Positions 20,720 to 31,229 of a stretch of 64,000 bases of DNA are shown here, in pieces. Every line of letters begins with the position of its first letter. Positions within the stretch are counted from its first letter, which is position 1. This stretch comes from Candidatus Micrarchaeota archaeon. GTDB lineage: Archaea; Micrarchaeota; Micrarchaeia; Anstonellales; Bilamarchaeaceae. Below the pieces are notes generated by a model. It searched no databases, had not been told where the DNA came from, and saw only the letters and a program-made list of their open reading frames with translations. The stretch spans positions 279 to 64,278 of the forward strand of contig JAFGPA010000024.1 in NCBI GenBank assembly GCA_016926175.1. Direction: 5' to 3'. Made by a program: the position numbers and the translations under genes.

Positions 20720-21209
20720 GCTTCACACCAATATACCCGAGCACTATTTCAACCTGTTTTGATTTCGGAAGAGAGCAGTCGAGTTCAAGGTATTCGCCCT
20801 CGACAGGCTCAAATCTTTTTTTGAGTTCCAGATAAATCCCATAATCGGCATCGCTTATTCCCTTCTTTCTTCTTTCTCTTCCCATAAGTCTTTCCTTAAC
20901 TAATTTTTCCGGAAGACTGCAGAGAATGACATAATGATCTTTTGATATGTTTTTCATAACCATCCTGAGTTTTTTGCTGTAGAATGTGGCATCCAGGATA
21001 ACGTTCTTCCGCTCATTGATGTTTTTCTCTGCAAGGTTTATCATCTCATCATAAACCCTTTTTTTCTCCTCTTCGCTGTAATCAGGTTTCTTTGTGATTT
21101 GTTTTCTTATTATGTCTGTGTTCAGATATACTGCGCCTATTTTTTCCCTGAGTTTTCTTGAGAGGGAGCTTTTGCCGGTGCCGGGCAAACCGCAAATAAT
21201 TATAAGCAT
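20709..21209 (-). CDS. P-loop kinase (AAA_33 / COG0645 type)
   Basis: GLPGTGKS Walker A, TD.IRK, VILDATF, SDAD. Confidence 0.88.
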   Translation of the reverse strand: MLIIICGLPGTGKSSLSRKLREKIGAVYLNTDIIRKQITKKPDYSEEEKKRVYDEMINLAEKNINERKNVILDATFYSKKLRMVMKNISKDHYVILCSLPEKLVKERLMGRERRKKGISDADYGIYLELKKRFEPVEGEYLELDCSLPKSKQVEIVLGYIGVKHGH

Positions 21210-21249
21210 AAGCAATAATAGCTAATGTAAATTTATATAGGCGAGTTTT

Positions 21250-22458
21250 ATGGATTATGACGTTATAGTAGTAGGCGGGGGACCGTCTGGTTCAAGCTGT
21301 ACCGCATTCCTTTCAAAAGCAGGAAAAAAAGTGCTTCTGCTTGATCGCGCCAGATTTCCAAGGGAAAAAATCTGCGGAGACGGCATCAGCGGCAGGTCAG
21401 TGAGCTTACTGAAAGAACTCGGCATTTTCCAGAACTTCAAGGATGCGGAGCATACTGACATGTATGGCGTTACATTTTCCTCTCCAGACGGAACCGTAGT
21501 TCCAGTCGGGGCAAAGGACAAAGGCGATGCTCCGGGCTTTGTATGCCGGAGAATTGTTTTTGACAACATCCTTTTCCAGAACGCAAAAAAACTTGCGGCA
21601 AAAACAATCGAAGAATTCATTGTAACCGATCTGATAACTGAAGGTGGCAAAGTCGTTGGCGTGAAAGGGAACCACAAAGGCAAAGAAAAGGCATTCCGGG
21701 CAAAATTGGTTGTAGGCGCCGATGGCGCTGCAGGCGTGACCGCAAGAAAGCTTGGAGCAGCAAATGCCGATGGCGACCATCAATATGCCGGACTCAGGGC
21801 ATACTATGAAAATGTTGACGGAATGGGAAAAACAATAGAACTTCATTTTGTAAAAGAAACCATTCCCGGATATTTCTGGATTTTTCCCCTGCCGGGCAAA
21901 AGGGCAAATGTTGGGATAGCAATTACTGTGACCGAAATGAAGAATAAAAAAATCAACCTTGTCAAAGCGATGGAAGAAATTATCAACGCCAATCCGGTTT
22001 TCAGGCCGAGATTCAATAACGCCAAAAGAACCACCAGCCTAAAAAGCTGGATTCTTCCACTTGCAACAAAAAAAGTGAAATCCTATGGCAATGGATATGT
22101 GCTCATAGGTGATGCAGCATCCCTCATTGATCCATTTACCGGAGAAGGCATCGGAAATGCGCTGACAAGCGGAAAGGTTTCAGCCCAGGTAATTGCAGAA
22201 GCATTAAATGAAAATGATTTTTCTGAAGCAAAACTTTCACAATACCGGAAAAGGCTTTTTGATATCATTGCCGGTGAAGTTTCAGCCAATGCCAGGCTGC
22301 AGATGCTTGGCAAGCACGAATTCCTTCTAAACATCGTAATTGGAAAAGCAAAAAGAAGCGATGAAATCAAGGCAGTAATATCAGATGCAATACTTGATCC
22401 AAAAGACCACGGCAGGCTATCCGATCCCGTTTTCCTGCTGAAAGCGCTTTTTGCATGA
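21250..22458 (+). CDS. Geranylgeranyl reductase family FAD oxidoreductase
   Basis: GGGPSG, FPREKICGDG, GADG, GYFWIFP, GDAA...DPFTGEGI. Confidence 0.9.
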   Translation: MDYDVIVVGGGPSGSSCTAFLSKAGKKVLLLDRARFPREKICGDGISGRSVSLLKELGIFQNFKDAEHTDMYGVTFSSPDGTVVPVGAKDKGDAPGFVCRRIVFDNILFQNAKKLAAKTIEEFIVTDLITEGGKVVGVKGNHKGKEKAFRAKLVVGADGAAGVTARKLGAANADGDHQYAGLRAYYENVDGMGKTIELHFVKETIPGYFWIFPLPGKRANVGIAITVTEMKNKKINLVKAMEEIINANPVFRPRFNNAKRTTSLKSWILPLATKKVKSYGNGYVLIGDAASLIDPFTGEGIGNALTSGKVSAQVIAEALNENDFSEAKLSQYRKRLFDIIAGEVSANARLQMLGKHEFLLNIVIGKAKRSDEIKAVISDAILDPKDHGRLSDPVFLLKALFA

Positions 22459-22501
22459 TTCTGGTATTCCTTTTTATTTGTTGTTTTACCCTATTTCTTC
22501 C

Positions 22502-23845
22502 ATGAAAAAATTTGACATTATAATCATAGGCTCAGGAGCAGGTTCAAAGGTAATGAGGGCCGCCCTGGCCCAGGGATATGACATTGGATACGTTGAAGAA
22601 GGCCCGATGGGGGGAACCTGCCTTAACAAGGGCTGCATTCCCACAAAAATTCTCATACATTCTGCAGATGTTATCCAGACAATAAGAAAAGCGCCTGTTT
22701 TCGGGATCAGTGCAAAAATCGAGTCCATTGATTTTCTCAAGGCAATGAAACGGTCATGGAAAGTTGACAATGATTCAAAGAAAATTGAGGATGCCGTAGC
22801 TGGCCTGGATGACGTGACACTCTACCGCACGGCGGCAAAATTTACGGCGCCGAAGACAATTAAAGCAGGGGATGAGGAAATCACTGCAGACAAGATTGTG
22901 ATTGCCGCAGGAACAAGGCCTGCAATTCCTCCTGTCAAAGGCCTGGATTCAGTGCCGTACATGACGAGCGACGGGGCGCTGAGGCTTGAAGAGCTGCCCC
23001 CGGAACTGATAATCCTGGGAGGAGGCTACATAGCAGTGGAGCTTGCCCACTTTTTCGGATCAATGGGATCGAAAATAAAAATACTTCAGAGAAATGTAAG
23101 GCTGATTCCAAATGAGGATCGCGAGGTCGGGGAAAAATTCACCGAACTGTTCTCAAAACAATATGAAGTGCATTTGAACTTCGATACTGTCCGGGCTGAA
23201 AAGAGCGGCGGCCGGATTGTCGTTCACAGCAGGGACGGCAGATTTGTGGAAGGAACCCATCTTCTTGTTGCTACCGGCCGGGTTCCCAACACAGATACGC
23301 TTGAAGTTGAAAAAGCCGGAGTCAGGCTCAGCAAAAAAGGATATGTTGAAACAAATGAATATATGGAAACAAGCGTTGAGGGAATCTGGGCGCTCGGCGA
23401 TATAGCAGGCGAATATCTGTTCCGTCATTCAGCCAACTATGAAGCTGATATAGTTTCCTACAACATCTTCCATCCTGACAGAAAGATCAAAAGGGATTAC
23501 ACTGCAATGCCGCATGCAATATTCAGCTATCCACAGATTGCAGGTGTTGGCCTGACTGAGCAGGACCTGGAGGGCAAAGAATACAAAGCCGGCAAACTGC
23601 CCTACATAAAAAGTGCAATGGGAGAAGCTCTTGAAGAACATGACGGCTTTGTTAAATTCCTGGCTGCCCCTGACAACACCATACTTGGCTGTCACATAAT
23701 GGGCCCCGAAGCATCAACAGTCATACATGAGGTGCTTGTTGCAATGAGAACCGGAAACGGAAAGCTTGATGCAATAACCGATACAATCCACATCCATCCT
23801 GCCCTGTCTGAAATTATTGACCGTGCCGCCAGAACCGTGCGTTGA
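22502..23845 (+). CDS. Pyridine nucleotide-disulfide oxidoreductase (dihydrolipoamide dehydrogenase / mycothione reductase-like)
   Basis: GSGAG, GGTCLNKGCIPTK redox disulfide, GGGYIAVE, HIHPALSE. Confidence 0.88.
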   Translation: MKKFDIIIIGSGAGSKVMRAALAQGYDIGYVEEGPMGGTCLNKGCIPTKILIHSADVIQTIRKAPVFGISAKIESIDFLKAMKRSWKVDNDSKKIEDAVAGLDDVTLYRTAAKFTAPKTIKAGDEEITADKIVIAAGTRPAIPPVKGLDSVPYMTSDGALRLEELPPELIILGGGYIAVELAHFFGSMGSKIKILQRNVRLIPNEDREVGEKFTELFSKQYEVHLNFDTVRAEKSGGRIVVHSRDGRFVEGTHLLVATGRVPNTDTLEVEKAGVRLSKKGYVETNEYMETSVEGIWALGDIAGEYLFRHSANYEADIVSYNIFHPDRKIKRDYTAMPHAIFSYPQIAGVGLTEQDLEGKEYKAGKLPYIKSAMGEALEEHDGFVKFLAAPDNTILGCHIMGPEASTVIHEVLVAMRTGNGKLDAITDTIHIHPALSEIIDRAARTVR

Positions 23846-23856
23846 TTGCAGACAAT

Positions 23857-23948
23857 TCAGCACGAGGGAGATTCCCATACATTCTTTTCACCATTGCCGG
23901 TCACCCAAATACCAGCAATATCAATATTCCCAAAGCTAAAATCCCCAT
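23857..23948 (-). pseudogene. Possible remnant of a small lipoprotein downstream of copA
   Basis: TAATG-coupled [19 protein letters not shown]; one extra base would give FG-C-TGNGEKNVWESPSC. Confidence 0.35.
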
Positions 23949-26089
23949 TATTCCACTTTTCTCAGCAGTATCGAATTAGTTACAACAGAAACCGAGCTGA
24001 GAGCCATGGCTCCGCCTGCGATCATGGGATCAAGCAGTATTCCGTATTCCGGGTAAAGAATCCCTGCGGCAATCGGAATTCCAATCACATTGTAGATCAA
24101 TGCCCAGAACAGATTCTGTTTTATCTTTCCCAGAGTATTCCTTGAGAGTATTATGGCCCTTCTCACATCTTTCAGGGTATTCCTCATCAAAATAATGTCC
24201 CCTGTTTCAATTGCAATGTCAGTGCCAGAGCCCATTGCAATCCCAAGGTCGCTCTTTGCAAGGGCAGGCGCATCGTTTATCCCGTCTCCCACCATAGCTA
24301 TCCTTCCGTCTTTTTTCAATGTTTCAATCAATCCTGCTTTCTCTGCAGGAGAAACATTGGCAAAGTAGCTGTCAACTCCGGTATCCTTTGCAATGGCAGC
24401 CGCAACCCTCTCATTGTCTCCGGTTATGATATACGTTTTCAGCCCAAGCTCCTTTATCTCTTTTATTGCTTCTTTGGAATCCTTTCTTATTTTATCCTTT
24501 ATGGCAATCATTCCGAGGATTTTTCCGTCTGAAAGGAATACAACTGTATTTCCCTGCTCCTCAAGTATTGCTGCCTGCTCTTCAATTTCTTTGCCTGCTT
24601 TAATTTTTCCAAGAAAATAATTCTTCTTTCCTATTTTCCCCTGTATTCCCTTTCCGGCAACTGCTTGAAAATTCCCTACTTTTTTTGCCCCTATCTTTTT
24701 TTCTCGAGCCATGGCAGCAAAAGCATCTGCAAGGGGGTGCTCTGAATTCTTTTCAAGGCTGTAGGCAATGGCAAGCACATCCTCCTCTTTCATGCCAAAT
24801 CCCACGATCTTTGATATCTCAGGGTTGCCTAAGGTTATTGTTCCTGTTTTGTCAAAGGCAATGGCTTTTATCTTCTCTACTTTCTCAAGTACTGCTCCGT
24901 TCCTTATCAGGATTCCCATGCCTGCTCCCCTTCCAGTACCAACAAGTATTGCCGTTGGCGTCGCCAGTCCAAGTGCACAGGGGCATGCTATTACCAGAAC
25001 AGAAACTGCAAGTATGAGAGAAAATGAGAATGCCGCTCCCAGCAACAAATACCATGCTGCAAATGTAAATGCTGCAATGATTATCACAACTGGCACGAAA
25101 ATTGACGATATCATGTCAGCATATTTTTGTATGGGTGCCTTCTGCGCCTGTGCTTCCTCCACAAGCTGGATTATCTGCGATAATGTTGTATCTGCTCCGA
25201 CCTTTGTTGCCCTGAATATCAAAACTCCGTTCTTGTTTATTGTTCCGCCCACCATATTGCTTGATTTTGATTTTTCAACTGGTATGGGCTCTCCTGTTAT
25301 CATTGATTCATCAACTGAAGAATGGCCATCAACAACAATGCCGTCTACAGGTATTCTTTCGCCCGGTTTAACCATTATGAGATTTCCTAACTTCACATCC
25401 TCTGCATCCACCATCATCTCTTTTCCATCCTCGATAATTCTTGCCTGCTTTGGTGAAAGATCCAGCAATTTTCGAATGGCTTCGCCTGCCTTTCCCTTTG
25501 CCCTCACCTCAAGATATTTTCCGAATACTACCAATGAAATCAGGACTGCAGACGTTTCGAAAAATGTATCCATCCCGTATGTTAAAACAAGGTAAACAGA
25601 ATAGAAATATGCAGCGCTCGTTCCCATTGCAATCAAAGTATCCATGTTTGCAGATCCGTTCTTCAGTGCATTCCATGTTCCCCGGTAAAATTGCAGTCCA
25701 ACATAGAACTGCACCGGCGTTGCAAGCAGCCACAATACATATGGCTTGTATGGTATCTCAATCATGAACATGGCAAGCACAAAAACCGGAATTGCAAAAG
25801 CAAAGCTGATTAAAGTCATTTTCTTGGCGTATCGCAATTCCTCCTCCCTTGCTTTTTTCTCGCCATCCTTCCCTTTTTTTATCTCAGCTGCACTGTAGCC
25901 TATTTCGGATATTTTTTTGATTATGTCAGTTACTCCAATGTTTTTTTCATTATAATCAACGGTTGCAGTATTTGTACTGAAATTTACCACTGCATCATTG
26001 ATTTCCCGGTTTTTTTTCAGGGCATTTTCAATGTTCAATGCGCAGTTGACGCAGTGCATTCCGCTTATGGATATCTTCTTTTTCATCAT
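23948..26089 (-). CDS. copA: Copper-translocating P1B-type ATPase
   Basis: GMHCVNC HMA domain, [33 protein letters not shown] and MALSS. Confidence 0.96.
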   Translation of the reverse strand: MMKKKISISGMHCVNCALNIENALKKNREINDAVVNFSTNTATVDYNEKNIGVTDIIKKISEIGYSAAEIKKGKDGEKKAREEELRYAKKMTLISFAFAIPVFVLAMFMIEIPYKPYVLWLLATPVQFYVGLQFYRGTWNALKNGSANMDTLIAMGTSAAYFYSVYLVLTYGMDTFFETSAVLISLVVFGKYLEVRAKGKAGEAIRKLLDLSPKQARIIEDGKEMMVDAEDVKLGNLIMVKPGERIPVDGIVVDGHSSVDESMITGEPIPVEKSKSSNMVGGTINKNGVLIFRATKVGADTTLSQIIQLVEEAQAQKAPIQKYADMISSIFVPVVIIIAAFTFAAWYLLLGAAFSFSLILAVSVLVIACPCALGLATPTAILVGTGRGAGMGILIRNGAVLEKVEKIKAIAFDKTGTITLGNPEISKIVGFGMKEEDVLAIAYSLEKNSEHPLADAFAAMAREKKIGAKKVGNFQAVAGKGIQGKIGKKNYFLGKIKAGKEIEEQAAILEEQGNTVVFLSDGKILGMIAIKDKIRKDSKEAIKEIKELGLKTYIITGDNERVAAAIAKDTGVDSYFANVSPAEKAGLIETLKKDGRIAMVGDGINDAPALAKSDLGIAMGSGTDIAIETGDIILMRNTLKDVRRAIILSRNTLGKIKQNLFWALIYNVIGIPIAAGILYPEYGILLDPMIAGGAMALSSVSVVTNSILLRKVE

Positions 26090-27438
26090 GATCCCCCGCA
26101 TCCGCAGCCACCTGCCCCGGCAGGCAGCTCCGGAATATCTTCGTCAGAGACATTAATCCCGTCAATTATTATAAACTGTCCCTGTATCATTCCCATCCAG
26201 CAGCTCCATCTTACAGTTCCTGTCTTTTCAGGGGTAAACTCCACTATCTGCAACCCTTTTTTGACCGGAATCTCCAGTCCGTATTCTCTTACTATTATCT
26301 CATTGTTGCATCCATTGATCTCATGCCCGTATATCTCCCATCGTACCGGAATCCCTTTTTTCAGCACAAAGCTGTTGGGCTGCCAGCCATATCCGGTAAC
26401 ATTCATCTTTATCACCTGAAAATTTTCCTCAGTAATATTTATGGCTTGTGTCTGACCGGCCTGTTCAGGAACGAATAACCCTGCTCCAAGAAGATTCAGT
26501 CCGTTGTTGGCCATTGCAAGCCCGAGTAGTATTACAAAAATGCCAGATACCCTGACCACGTTGCGTGAAAATACAGAACTGAGGAAATTTGACGCTATTC
26601 CAAACATAAGTAAAGGTACCGATGTTCCCAGTCCAAAGAAGAAAAGTGCCTGAGCTCCTGCAACTGCACTGCCGGTGCCCGCTGCAAAAATATAAAGCGC
26701 CTGCAAAGGTCCGCATGCTATCATCAGGCCATTGAACAATCCTGTAACAAATGGCCCCCGTCCCGGAACTGGCCTTATGAATGCAGGCATCCTGAGCTGC
26801 AGTTTTCTCAGTAGCGGGAAGATGTTGAGCATGTTAAGCCCATAAACAAGCAGGAAAATACCTGCCGCAATTGCTACCGTTCCCCTCAATTCAGGTGTAA
26901 AGGCTATAAAAGATCCTACAAGGCCAAAAAGGGCTCCAATTGCCGTGTAGGAAATAGTCTTTCCGGAACAATAAATCAAGTGCGGTGCCAGGTCTCCCGC
27001 TTTTTTAATATGCTTTGCATAGGACAGAACAAATCCCCCGCACATGCCTATGCAGTGAAAGCCCGTAAGAAAACCAAGTATTAAAAGCGCAGCAAATCCG
27101 GTTTCCATGCTTATACCGGCAAAATTCAGGTCTACTGATTTCGCAAGAATGAAATAAATGCCTGTAATTATAGCAAAAACGCCTATTGATATTGCAATTG
27201 TGCCGAATCCAGGGGTATCTCCGCTTCCATATCCAAGCTCGCTTATCCTTTTGCGTATTGCTTTTTCATCCACCATCATTTCATCAAATTCAACCGTTGT
27301 TGTTTCAGCGGCATAGTCTGATTTTACCTTTTCTACGCCATCCATTTTGCCCAGCGATGCTTCTATTTTTTCCCCGCAGGAACGGCATTCCATGCCAGTG
27401 ATTTTCAGCGCAACAGTTCTCATTATCCTTGTATTCAT
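26086..27438 (-). CDS. HMA + DsbD_2/TauE-like membrane domain + cupredoxin-domain protein
   Basis: [22 protein letters not shown]-terminal GC...SCWMGM, GGCGCG tail. Confidence 0.87.
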   Translation of the reverse strand: MNTRIMRTVALKITGMECRSCGEKIEASLGKMDGVEKVKSDYAAETTTVEFDEMMVDEKAIRKRISELGYGSGDTPGFGTIAISIGVFAIITGIYFILAKSVDLNFAGISMETGFAALLILGFLTGFHCIGMCGGFVLSYAKHIKKAGDLAPHLIYCSGKTISYTAIGALFGLVGSFIAFTPELRGTVAIAAGIFLLVYGLNMLNIFPLLRKLQLRMPAFIRPVPGRGPFVTGLFNGLMIACGPLQALYIFAAGTGSAVAGAQALFFFGLGTSVPLLMFGIASNFLSSVFSRNVVRVSGIFVILLGLAMANNGLNLLGAGLFVPEQAGQTQAINITEENFQVIKMNVTGYGWQPNSFVLKKGIPVRWEIYGHEINGCNNEIIVREYGLEIPVKKGLQIVEFTPEKTGTVRWSCWMGMIQGQFIIIDGINVSDEDIPELPAGAGGCGCGGS

Positions 27439-27632
27439 TTCATCACCGTTGCTGAAAATCCCAGGTTTTCTATTGTTTCTGGGATGAGGTCACTACCCTT
27501 CTCTTTGAATACGACCTGCATCATTTTATCTTCCAGAGAAACATGCACGCTCCCAATGCATTCCAATTCTGCCAATTCCCGTTCTATAATTGATTTGCAG
27601 TTCATTTCTTCTATTTTGATTTCCATAACCAT
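27435..27632 (-). CDS. CopZ-like HMA protein with a degenerate metal motif
   Basis: IEEMNCKSII in place of GMxCxxC; V.VSL and IENLGF fold signatures. Confidence 0.65.
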   Translation of the reverse strand: MVMEIKIEEMNCKSIIERELAELECIGSVHVSLEDKMMQVVFKEKGSDLIPETIENLGFSATVMK

Positions 27633-27641
27633 TTACCAAAA

Positions 27642-27700
27642 GTTTCACCACTGAAACCATACTTATTAATTGCTGAAACCACGGTTTCATTTTTTGAAAC
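27642..27700. promoter_or_regulatory. Array of five TGAAAC/GTTTCA half-sites in a divergent promoter
   Basis: GTTTCA-ccac-TGAAAC (27642-27657); TGAAAC-cacg-GTTTCA-ttttt-TGAAAC (27674-27700). Confidence 0.72.
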
Positions 27701-27741
27701 TCTGGCATTTATTTAAAATTTCTATTCATCTATATTCTGGT

Positions 27742-28227
27742 ATGGCAGACAACAAAAGGCCATTTCTGGGCCTTGTGATAATTGCAATATTCGTATTGAT
27801 CGTAATCTATGTTCCTCATTTTTTTGAAGCAGGAGTGCCTTTGATGTGTATTGAAGACGGTAACTGCCAGCACGAGGCCTATCTTGAGAGCATAATATCC
27901 TATATCCCCGGAATAATAGTCTTTGGTTTTCTGCTCGGAGTTGTTGTTTCCTACTTGTATTTTGAGAGAAAAATAGATGTTCCACAAACAGACAAAACCC
28001 GGGTAATACTCTCCCTTCTTCCGCCAACTGAAAGAAAAATTCTGACAAAAATCATTGAAAATGGAGGGAAGGCTCTTCAGTCTGAAGTTTCAAGAATTGA
28101 AGGCGTCGGAAAGGTAAAGGCCCACCGGGCAGTGGAAAAGCTCGTCAAAAGAGGCGTTCTGGAAAAGGAACAGCTTGGCAAGACAAATGTCCTGCATCTT
28201 AGAAAAGACCTTAAAGAAGTAGTCTGA
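27742..28227 (+). CDS. Membrane-anchored winged-helix regulator (2 TM + C-terminal wHTH)
   Basis: Two TM helices flanking CIEDGNCQHE; LPPTERKIL...ALQSEV....KVKAHRAVEKLVKRGVLEKEQLGKTN. Confidence 0.82.
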   Translation: MADNKRPFLGLVIIAIFVLIVIYVPHFFEAGVPLMCIEDGNCQHEAYLESIISYIPGIIVFGFLLGVVVSYLYFERKIDVPQTDKTRVILSLLPPTERKILTKIIENGGKALQSEVSRIEGVGKVKAHRAVEKLVKRGVLEKEQLGKTNVLHLRKDLKEVV

Positions 28228-28228
28228 A

Positions 28229-28328
28229 TCCCGCCTGCCTGATTTGAACAAGCAACCTTCCCGTTTCTACTGGATTTCCAGCTAATCAAAAACTACAGCG
28301 GGACGCTCTACCGTTGAGCTAAGGCGGG
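28229..28328 (-). tRNA. tRNA-Tyr(GTA) with a 28-nt intron at 37/38 (28265-28292)
   Basis: CCCGCCT/AGGCGGG acceptor (C1-G72), A73, TCCCG-CTGTAG[intron]A-CGGGA; 72 nt after splicing. Confidence 0.94.
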
Positions 28329-28361
28329 GTAGAATTTATTACAAGGGTACCTATTTTTAAT

Positions 28362-29147
28362 TTATCTCTTGAGATGTCTTTTTGCAGGGGGCCTGCTGCT
28401 TCTTTTTGCAAATTGCCTGTATCTGTCTTTCATATCACTACCGGTTATCTCTCCTACAACTATCATCAGACTTCCAAATGATTCTATTTCATAGTCTGCT
28501 TTTGTAAGCCTGCTTTCATCGTATTTTTTGTATTCCCTGATCTGATTGTAGCCATATCTTGCAAGGCATGTTATCATTCCGACATCCCGGGCTCCTCTTA
28601 CATCCCTTTCAGGGTCATCCCCGGTATGAAGGCATTCGGATGGCTTCAATCCCATCTTTTCCAGGGCCAGCCGGAACGGTTCTGGTTCAGGCTTGAATTT
28701 TCCGGTGTCAGTATGGGTAACCATCACCTCAAACTCATTCTCCAGGCCTGCCAGTACTATTCTTTTCCATGCCTTGTTCCGCGGACCGTCAGTTACCAGT
28801 CCGATGCGTATGCCCATTTTCCTTAATTCCTTCAGTCCGGGCTTTACTTCAGGGTATGTCTGCAGGACGCTCGCCATGACGCTCTGATGCGCAACTATGG
28901 CAGCCTGCTGGATTCTTTCTGCACGGTTCAGGTCCCTTATGTCAAATGCCCTCACAACATCGGCATATGTCTTTTCATATTCCATGCCATAGGCATCATA
29001 AATGCCGAATATCTTCTCATAGATTATGCTTTCCTCAAAAGGAAGCCCGTTCCTTACCATTGCCTGCGAAGCTGCAATGGCCGTTCCTTCCTTGTATCTC
29101 ATGTAGTCAATCAGAGTATTGTCTAAATCAAACAGAGCTGCCTTCAT
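28362..29147 (-). CDS. HAD-superfamily hydrolase
   Basis: FDLDNTL, VTDG, KPEPEPF, GDDPERDV.GA. Confidence 0.92.
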   Translation of the reverse strand: MKAALFDLDNTLIDYMRYKEGTAIAASQAMVRNGLPFEESIIYEKIFGIYDAYGMEYEKTYADVVRAFDIRDLNRAERIQQAAIVAHQSVMASVLQTYPEVKPGLKELRKMGIRIGLVTDGPRNKAWKRIVLAGLENEFEVMVTHTDTGKFKPEPEPFRLALEKMGLKPSECLHTGDDPERDVRGARDVGMITCLARYGYNQIREYKKYDESRLTKADYEIESFGSLMIVVGEITGSDMKDRYRQFAKRSSRPPAKRHLKR

Positions 29148-29302
29148 TGTTCCACCCTTCTATTGATTATCAGTCGAAAAGAACAAAAATACTGCGGAAA
29201 TGAACCGTCTCTTTTATTATAAATAACAACCCCTTTTTCTTTTTGACATCCCCTCCCCGGAGGTCTGGTTTCCAGGCCTTTGGGGCCCACCCAGGAATCA
29301 TT

Positions 29303-30361
29303 ATGAGAACTGTAGATCTGCCATTGCACCCAGGCAAATGCCCTTCCTGGCTCTTCAGCAGAATGAGGCCTTTGACAAAGGCAATAAGCCAGATAATAAT
29401 CGACAATTACGGAACCCAAGAGCTGCTTGCAAGGGTTTCCGATCCGATGTTTTTCCAGTCTCTTTCCTGCGTTATCGGGTTTGACTGGCACTCAAGCGGA
29501 ACCACCACCACTACCTGCGGAGCAATCAAAGAGGCGCTGACTGAAGAAATGGGTGTGATTGCATGCGGAGGCAAAGGAAAAGCATCAGGAAAAACCCCCC
29601 TGGAGATCGAAAAATTCGGGGAAATCTTCTCTTTTTCTGATTCTAAAATTTCAAAACTGAAAAAATCCAGCGGCATGGCAGCAAAAGTGGATTCCTCATG
29701 CATCCAGGACGGCTATTCTCTTTATCACCATTCATTCTTGTTTGATGAAAAAGGAAACTGGACTGTGGTCCAGCAGGGCATGAACCCTGCAAACAGATAT
29801 GCACGAAGATATCACTGGTTCAATGAACCTCAATTCGTGGACGCTCCTGAAACAAAAATAGCGGGGTCATTGGAAAAAGAGGTTCTCAATCTTGTCAGCA
29901 GGGAAACGAGAGAGACAAGAAGAATCAGTGTTGATCTTGTGAAAGACAATCCATGCCGGCTAAGGAAATATTTTGACGGCCAAATGACCCTGGGAGAGGA
30001 GCATTACAAAATGCCGGAGCGCCATGAAATCCTGCCTCTTGACTTGACAAAAAAAGACTGGGAACTGCTCCAGCAGGCATATGAGCTGCAACCTGGAAAT
30101 TACGAGGAACTGGTTGCACTTAAGGGCATGGGAGGAAAAAAGCTGCGTGCCCTTGCACTGGTGTCAAAAATGATCCATGGAACAAGGCTGGACTGGAAAG
30201 ATCCCGTGAAATTTTCCTTTGCCCATGGCGGTAAAGACGGCATTCCATATCCTGTGGACCGGCAATCCTATGACAATACCCTGTCTTTTTTGCGCGGTGT
30301 TGCTGCAGCAATGGACGGCAGCGAAAAAGAAAAAGCACTCAGGCGTTTGGCTGTCCTGTAA
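29303..30361 (+). CDS. DUF763 family protein
   Basis: DLPLH.G..P.WLF.RM, GFDWHSSGTTT, AKVD...QDGY.LYHH, ARRYHW, FAHGGKDG.PYPV. Confidence 0.9.
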   Translation: MRTVDLPLHPGKCPSWLFSRMRPLTKAISQIIIDNYGTQELLARVSDPMFFQSLSCVIGFDWHSSGTTTTTCGAIKEALTEEMGVIACGGKGKASGKTPLEIEKFGEIFSFSDSKISKLKKSSGMAAKVDSSCIQDGYSLYHHSFLFDEKGNWTVVQQGMNPANRYARRYHWFNEPQFVDAPETKIAGSLEKEVLNLVSRETRETRRISVDLVKDNPCRLRKYFDGQMTLGEEHYKMPERHEILPLDLTKKDWELLQQAYELQPGNYEELVALKGMGGKKLRALALVSKMIHGTRLDWKDPVKFSFAHGGKDGIPYPVDRQSYDNTLSFLRGVAAAMDGSEKEKALRRLAVL

Positions 30362-30370
30362 ATAAAAAAA

Positions 30371-31228
30371 TCAGAACGTTACCGGCCTGCCCGGAATCCT
30401 GGGAAAAAGCTGGACATCCCCAACATGCTCTGCTTCTGCAATGTATCTGACAAGGCGGTCTACACCTATCCCCCCGCCTGCTGACGGAACAATTCCCTGC
30501 CTGGCAAATTCAACATACTCCATGTTTTTTTCCAGTATGCCGTGGGATTTCATTCTTTCCAAAACAGCTTCAGTTTCATGGATCCGCTGCCCTCCTGAAA
30601 GAACCTCGCCATATCCTTCCGGCAATATCAGGTCATAGTTGTTTTTTTCATCATCATAAAACTCTCTTTCAAGGCCAAGCGCCCAGAACGGATGCCTGCT
30701 TTTCCTGGACATAATGGTTTCCCAATCAGGCCCGTATTCAGCTTCCAGATCCTTTACCAGGTGCCTTTCAAACGGCATTTCTATTTTACCGCGCTCTTTC
30801 AATGATTGGAATTCTTCAGAAAGTGAAACCATGAATCCCTCCACAATCCTGAAAACATCCTCTTTTTTCCCATGCGCAATTTCGAAATCTACCTGCATAA
30901 ACTCAAAGGCATGCCTGCCTGTTTTTTCCCTGTGCGGCTGTTCCAGCCGGATATTCGGCGACATGATGAATATCTTTTCAAATCCTTCTGCTATGAGCTT
31001 TTGCTTATGCAGTATCATGGACTGCATAAGTGAAAGATTCTGGCCGCCGTATTCTATGGTTCCTGTTTTCAGGACCGCGCTTCCGGGATCGCCGTCCAGA
31101 GGATCTGTAATGCAAGCAAGCATCACAGGCTTTATTTCCAGGAAGCCTTCGCTGCGGAAATATCTTTGGGCATGATCCAACACCTTGTCGGTAATCCTTG
31201 CTATCTCTACTCTTGTTAATCCGTTCAT
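30371..31228 (-). CDS. asnA: Archaeal asparagine synthetase A-like protein (AspRS/AsnRS catalytic domain, no anticodon domain)
   Basis: ITDPL, QSMILHKQ, SPNIRLE...TGRHAFEF.Q.DFE, GYGEVLSGG, GGGIGVDRL; AGGTGA SD before ATG 31228. Confidence 0.85.
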   Translation of the reverse strand: MNGLTRVEIARITDKVLDHAQRYFRSEGFLEIKPVMLACITDPLDGDPGSAVLKTGTIEYGGQNLSLMQSMILHKQKLIAEGFEKIFIMSPNIRLEQPHREKTGRHAFEFMQVDFEIAHGKKEDVFRIVEGFMVSLSEEFQSLKERGKIEMPFERHLVKDLEAEYGPDWETIMSRKSRHPFWALGLEREFYDDEKNNYDLILPEGYGEVLSGGQRIHETEAVLERMKSHGILEKNMEYVEFARQGIVPSAGGGIGVDRLVRYIAEAEHVGDVQLFPRIPGRPVTF

Positions 31229-31229
31229 A

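Noticed and set aside
23901..23903. TGA as selenocysteine at the lipobox position
   Set aside because: In-frame readthrough gives no sensible protein and runs antisense into the neighbouring gene; no SECIS is evident; a deletion explains it better
30371..31228. Functional Asn- or Asp-tRNA synthetase
   Set aside because: No OB-fold anticodon-binding domain; motifs fit the asparagine synthetase paralog
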